Part shown: positions 60,366-64,000 of the stretch, one piece after another | Position numbering within the stretch: the first letter of the stretch is position 1 | Layout: every line of letters begins with the position of its first letter | Origin: Gammaproteobacteria bacterium | GTDB lineage: Bacteria; Pseudomonadota; Gammaproteobacteria; Methylococcales; Methylomonadaceae | Length of the DNA stretch: 64,000 nucleotides | Direction of reading: 5' to 3' | NCBI GenBank assembly: GCA_024277935.1 | Contig: JAJRUF010000190.1 | Location: 495-64,494, forward strand | Position numbers and translations under genes: made by a program | Notes under the pieces: model-generated | The model's input: the letters and a program-made list of their open reading frames with translations, nothing else | Told to the model about the DNA's origin: nothing | Database searches by the model: none

Positions 60366-61373
60366 ATGTTAGTTCTTGGACAGTCTTTTAGCTGTTATAA
60401 TGCAGAGGCTATAAGCATATTATACGAATTTAAGTCTAACCAATACATGCCTCTCTCTCTTTATCAATTTCCTTTTCAAGCAATGGGTTCAACTTGTAAT
60501 ATACAGTTATATGCCAATAATAAACCCAACGCTCAAAATATTGCTGATTTAGTTGTGAGTGATGTCCGTCGAATTGAACAAAAATATTCACGCTATAGAA
60601 ATGATAGTGTTTTAACTGCAATTAATAATATTGCAGAGAGTGCAGGATCAATTCAAATTGATGAAGAAACATTAGCATTACTTAAATATGCTGATACTTG
60701 CTATCAACAAAGTGACGGGCTATTTGACATAACATCAGGTGTTTTAAGAGAAGTTTGGGATTTTAAAACGGGTAAAATCCCAAAGAATAAAGAAATTAAA
60801 GGAATTTTGCCAAAGATAGGGTGGAATAAACTCAGTATTATAGGTACCTCACTAAGTTTTTCAGTAAAAGGAATGCAGCTGGATTTTGGAGGTATTGGTA
60901 AAGAATATGCAGTTGATAGAGCTGCTACTATTTGTCAGCAACACGGCCTTCAACATGGATTAATAGATCTGGGTGGGGATATTAAAGTTATTGGTCCTCA
61001 TGCTGATGGCAGACCATGGTCAGTTGGTATTCGCCACCCTCAAAAGCCAGGTGAATTAATGTCCAGTATAAATGTGTCTCGTGGAGCTGTTGCCAGTAGT
61101 GGAGATTATGAAAAGTGTATTATTCTTAATGGGAAAAGGTATAGTCATGTACTGAATCCAAAAACAGGCTGGCCAGTAAGGGGCTTATCTTCTATTACTG
61201 TTATTGCAGAGCAGTGTGTTATTGCAGGAAGTATAACAACTATATCAATGTTAAAAGAAACTAAAGGTAAGCGTTGGCTTAAGGGGCTCGGCTTGTCCTA
61301 TCTATGGATGGATCAGCAGGGGAAGGTTGGTAGTAGTTTAAATAAACATGGTTATATACAAACTACAGCTTAA
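60366..61373 (+). CDS. apbE: FAD:protein FMN transferase (ApbE family)
   Basis: 335 aa. FQAMGSTCNIQLY, DGLFDIT, LDFGGIGKEYAVD and ASSGDYE motifs. The probable start is the internal MPLSLYQF (60447). It lies 93 nt downstream of CCP2. Confidence 0.85.
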   Translation: MLVLGQSFSCYNAEAISILYEFKSNQYMPLSLYQFPFQAMGSTCNIQLYANNKPNAQNIADLVVSDVRRIEQKYSRYRNDSVLTAINNIAESAGSIQIDEETLALLKYADTCYQQSDGLFDITSGVLREVWDFKTGKIPKNKEIKGILPKIGWNKLSIIGTSLSFSVKGMQLDFGGIGKEYAVDRAATICQQHGLQHGLIDLGGDIKVIGPHADGRPWSVGIRHPQKPGELMSSINVSRGAVASSGDYEKCIILNGKRYSHVLNPKTGWPVRGLSSITVIAEQCVIAGSITTISMLKETKGKRWLKGLGLSYLWMDQQGKVGSSLNKHGYIQTTA

Positions 61374-61428
61374 TTTGGTAGTGGGTTAAATCTGTAGTTT
61401 TAACAAATTCATTCTCATTAATAACAGA

Positions 61429-61464
61429 TTTTTTGGGCGCAGGCTTTAGCCTGCGCCCAAAAAA
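61429..61464. terminator. Perfect palindromic bidirectional terminator
   Basis: T6-GGGCGCAGGC-ttta-GCCTGCGCCC-A6. It is embedded in a larger imperfect palindrome (61383-61507). Confidence 0.6.
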
Positions 61465-61546
61465 TGGATAAATTGTTAAAATAGCCTTATCAACAGATTT
61501 TACCCATCACCAAAATAAGCTCCGAAACATGAAGTATCCTACTTAG

Positions 61547-62112
61547 TTAATTAACGGTTAAAGTAATAACAGCCCCATCATTATTAACATCCCAGCTTAA
61601 CCCTGTGGGTAGTTTAGGTAAATTATAAGGGGGGGATCTAGTCCAAAAAATGTAATTAAATTAGCACTTACTATTTCAAAACTATCTCCTTGTTGGGCAA
61701 TATAACCTTCGCGTAGAATCACATTAAGATTCCAATGATTTAAATATAGCTCTCCATTAATATGTAAATGATCATACCGTGTTGCTCCTGCTAACTCAAT
61801 ATCTGTTGAGCAACCAATACATAAAAAATACCCATCAAAAAATTGATTAAAATATTCACTGTAAAACTGCTTCGGAGTTATTGATAGTCTGCCTATGGGG
61901 TATCCAGGATATAAAGAGACTTTTTCGAATAAAGGGCTGTTTTCTATACCTTCAATAGTTCCTTCACCACTAATAATTCCTTGGTTAATACGTATGCTAT
62001 GTGCTGCAAAATAACCATTTACTTTTAATTACCCTGCATGCTGAATATAACAGGCTTTACGCGTTGCTGTTTCAGCTCGACTAGCAAAGTTACAATTGTA
62101 GAAGTTACGCAT
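61547..62112 (-). pseudogene. Disrupted ORF resembling the C-terminal part of a secreted repeat protein
   Basis: My own translation gives ...INGELYLNHWNLNVILREGYIAQQGDSFEIVSANLITFFG, then a frameshift in the G7/C7 run (61629-61635), then PPYNLPKLPTGLSWDVNNDGAVITLTVN*. There is also an internal TAA. No intact ORF of 60 aa or more exists here. Confidence 0.3.
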
Positions 62113-62887
62113 TGACGACAGGTTGAAATTCTGGGTTTAAATGATTCATATTTGGCATAAATGTTCCGAGAAACGAAGCAATGACATCTTTGAATAAATT
62201 CCGCTGTACGCTATAGCAATTATTAATCACTTCTGCAAAGCTCAATTTTTGTTATTGAACAAATCCACAAATTGCAGAAAAAATATGATTATTTATCGCT
62301 CCTTTACTACGAACCTGGAACCGTTCAATATTACACACCTGCTTTATTGCTCGATGATATTGATCAATCTGCCAACGCCTATTATGTTGTTAAATAAAGG
62401 CTTTATTATTAAAAGCAGATGTTTTTTCTTCACCAGGTAGTGAGCTTATATAATGGCTAATCTGGTCTTTCAAAGTCGTCCGAAATAATTTTACATACCC
62501 AAAATTTTTGAGCAAAACCATCAAGCCATCTTCTGGAGTTTCTAATTGCTTAACTTGAGCCCACGAACCTTTTTCAACGGAGACTAAGCGGTTACTTTCT
62601 AGTGCAAAGAGTAATCCTATCTGATGGTTTTTTATCAATTTAAGATTACTCACACAACTGTACCAGCTATCTCCTGTTACAAAAGCAGGCTCAAGTCCCC
62701 AAGCTAATACTTCGGTTAGCATATCTTGAAAATAGTCGTTTTTTGTCTTTCCTTCCGCCTTGTCGACCACTCGGAAATTAAGAGGTTGGTGTTTTCCTTG
62801 AATGTCTATGTAATACAAAGTGACAAGGTTGATTCCTTTAACCGTTCTGTGATGTTTTCCTGACCAAAAATGACTGACAAGTGCCAT
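62105..62887 (-). mobile_element. IS701/IS4-like DDE transposase relic (N-terminally truncated, two in-frame stops)
   Basis: The 165-aa ORF (HFWSGKHHRTVKGINL...FVTGDSWYS) continues in the same frame past TAA (62387-62389) as RRWQIDQYHRAIKQVCNIERFQVRS..., then through a second TAA. No terminal inverted repeats were identified. Confidence 0.65.
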
Positions 62888-63384
62888 ATATAGTACTCCC
62901 CATTGTCCCCGTTATAGAAAATGCTCCACGGGTAAATAAGGTTCCGTAGTTAATGCATGAGCCGTCAAGGAAATGTCAAATAAAAAAGGGGAAATAAGCA
63001 ACCTTAGATTGGGTAAATTATTCATTTATTAATGCTCCATAAATAAGTAATTTAATTGATTTTCACGATATCTTTATCAATCATAATCAGTGCTTTTTGG
63101 CGGATTAAGTTAACAGCTACCATGATCGTGTTATTTAATGCAACACCCATGCCATAACACTCATAGAGCATATGCCTTATTTTTAAATCAAAGCACTTTG
63201 CCACCTCCGCTGAAAAGCAGGCTCGGAAAGCCGTGGGGCTTCAATTAGATAACCAGTTGCCACTTTAGGACCGAAGTGAACGGGGGAAATAAATTCAAGG
63301 CAAGATGCCTTAGGAAAGAAAAAGGGACAGAGACATTTTATCTCGACTATCAAAAAGGTAGGCTCTACCTTCTTTCTAAAAACT

Positions 63385-63696
63385 TTAATTAATTTTTAAT
63401 ACCGTTTTATGAACCTCATCTCTCAGTAATTTATCAGTACTATTATAAGGCACAACATCTATTTTTAAATCATATCCAGCTTTTAATAAAAAACTGATAA
63501 ACCGTATTTTATACTTTTTGAACTGTTCAGGAGAAATCTCAATATCAACAGCTATATCAATATCTCCACCTTTTTTAGAATCATCTATTCGACTGCCAAA
63601 CAGATAAATATCAACACAACCAAAGCTATTTAATATTCCGTTCTTAATCTGCTGTTTTAACCGGTTAGCTAAGCGCATGAACATATTTCCTGGCAA
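63385..63696 (-). CDS. Nucleotidyltransferase-fold (MNT-type) antitoxin
   Basis: About 100 aa. GSR...GGDIDIAV minimal nucleotidyltransferase motif. Its start overlaps the end of the upstream HEPN reading frame. Confidence 0.8.
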   Translation of the reverse strand: MPGNMFMRLANRLKQQIKNGILNSFGCVDIYLFGSRIDDSKKGGDIDIAVDIEISPEQFKKYKIRFISFLLKAGYDLKIDVVPYNSTDKLLRDEVHKTVLKIN

Positions 63697-64000
63697 ATTT
63701 TAATGCATTTAAGTAGTAACTTTCTATTTTAGTAAAGCTATCAATACAAAACTTTAAATCTTTTAGTGCATCGGTTATATTTTCAGGGTAATCATGTTCT
63801 AGGTCATGTCTTATTTCCCTTAACTTAACTCAACTCAATTATCTAAGCTATCTATAATTTCTTCTTTTTCTATTGCATACAAAACTTCACTCATTTTTCC
63901 AGACCCTATACCAGAAACATCCAGTAATAATGAAAAAATCTTAGCGCCTAAAAAATCTTGTACTGAAGAAAACTGCTTTAAATAGGCATCTAAAATTGCC
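63665..64000 (-). pseudogene. HEPN-domain toxin gene, inactivated (5' end beyond the window)
   Basis: My own translation gives ...AILDAYLKQFSSVQDFLGAKIFSLLLDVSGIGSGKMSEVLYAIEKEEIIDSLDN*. It then resumes in another frame as VKLREIRHDLEHDYPENITDALKDL...KYVHALS*. RHDLEH is the Rx4H HEPN motif. Confidence 0.6.

Noticed and set aside
62249-62440. A 63-aa plus-strand ORF opposite the transposase relic.
   Set aside because: It is antisense to a frame with clear DDE-transposase similarity and has no features of its own.

Overview
This is a low-GC gammaproteobacterial chromosome segment. The synteny supports that call: dcw cluster-rnpB, and rsmI-lpoA-yraN-diaA-dolP. A DsrC-type gene and many GTAGG...CCTAC palindromic repeats suggest a Thiotrichales-like sulfur bacterium, but that is only a weak inference.

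- **1-16.1 kb:** a complete minus-strand dcw operon (mraZ-rsmH-ftsL-ftsI-murE-murF-mraY-murD-ftsW-murG-murC-murB-ddl-ftsQ-ftsA). ftsA, murC and murF are each broken by a missing base in an A/T run, which is most likely a read or assembly artefact.
- **16.7-17.06 kb:** RNase P RNA.
- **17-41 kb:** housekeeping and signalling genes. These include a NarL-type two-component pair, cytochrome c4, an FNT channel, yegQ, ispH, a K+ channel, rhodanese, hslR, dsrH-dsrC, sugE, PilZ, xseA, an M23 peptidase, and HDOD and HDOD-GGDEF proteins.
- **41.4-61.4 kb (most interesting part):** an envelope island with four groups of genes.
  - A PEP-CTERM sorting set: PrsT-like TPR lipoprotein, a WecA/MraY-like transferase, and an exosortase fused to EpsI.
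  - A TlpA-DUF4266-DUF3570 set, with its usual ApbE partner displaced 9 kb away.
  - Four secreted proteins carrying glutamate-less VPxPA-type PEP-CTERM anchors.
  - Two unusually long (~740 aa) paralogous di-heme CCP/MauG-family proteins, with sigma-54-type promoters nearby.
- **61.5-64 kb:** decayed mobile DNA, comprising an IS701-like relic, a broken secreted-protein gene, and an MNT antitoxin next to an inactivated HEPN toxin.

No tRNA, rRNA or CRISPR array was seen.
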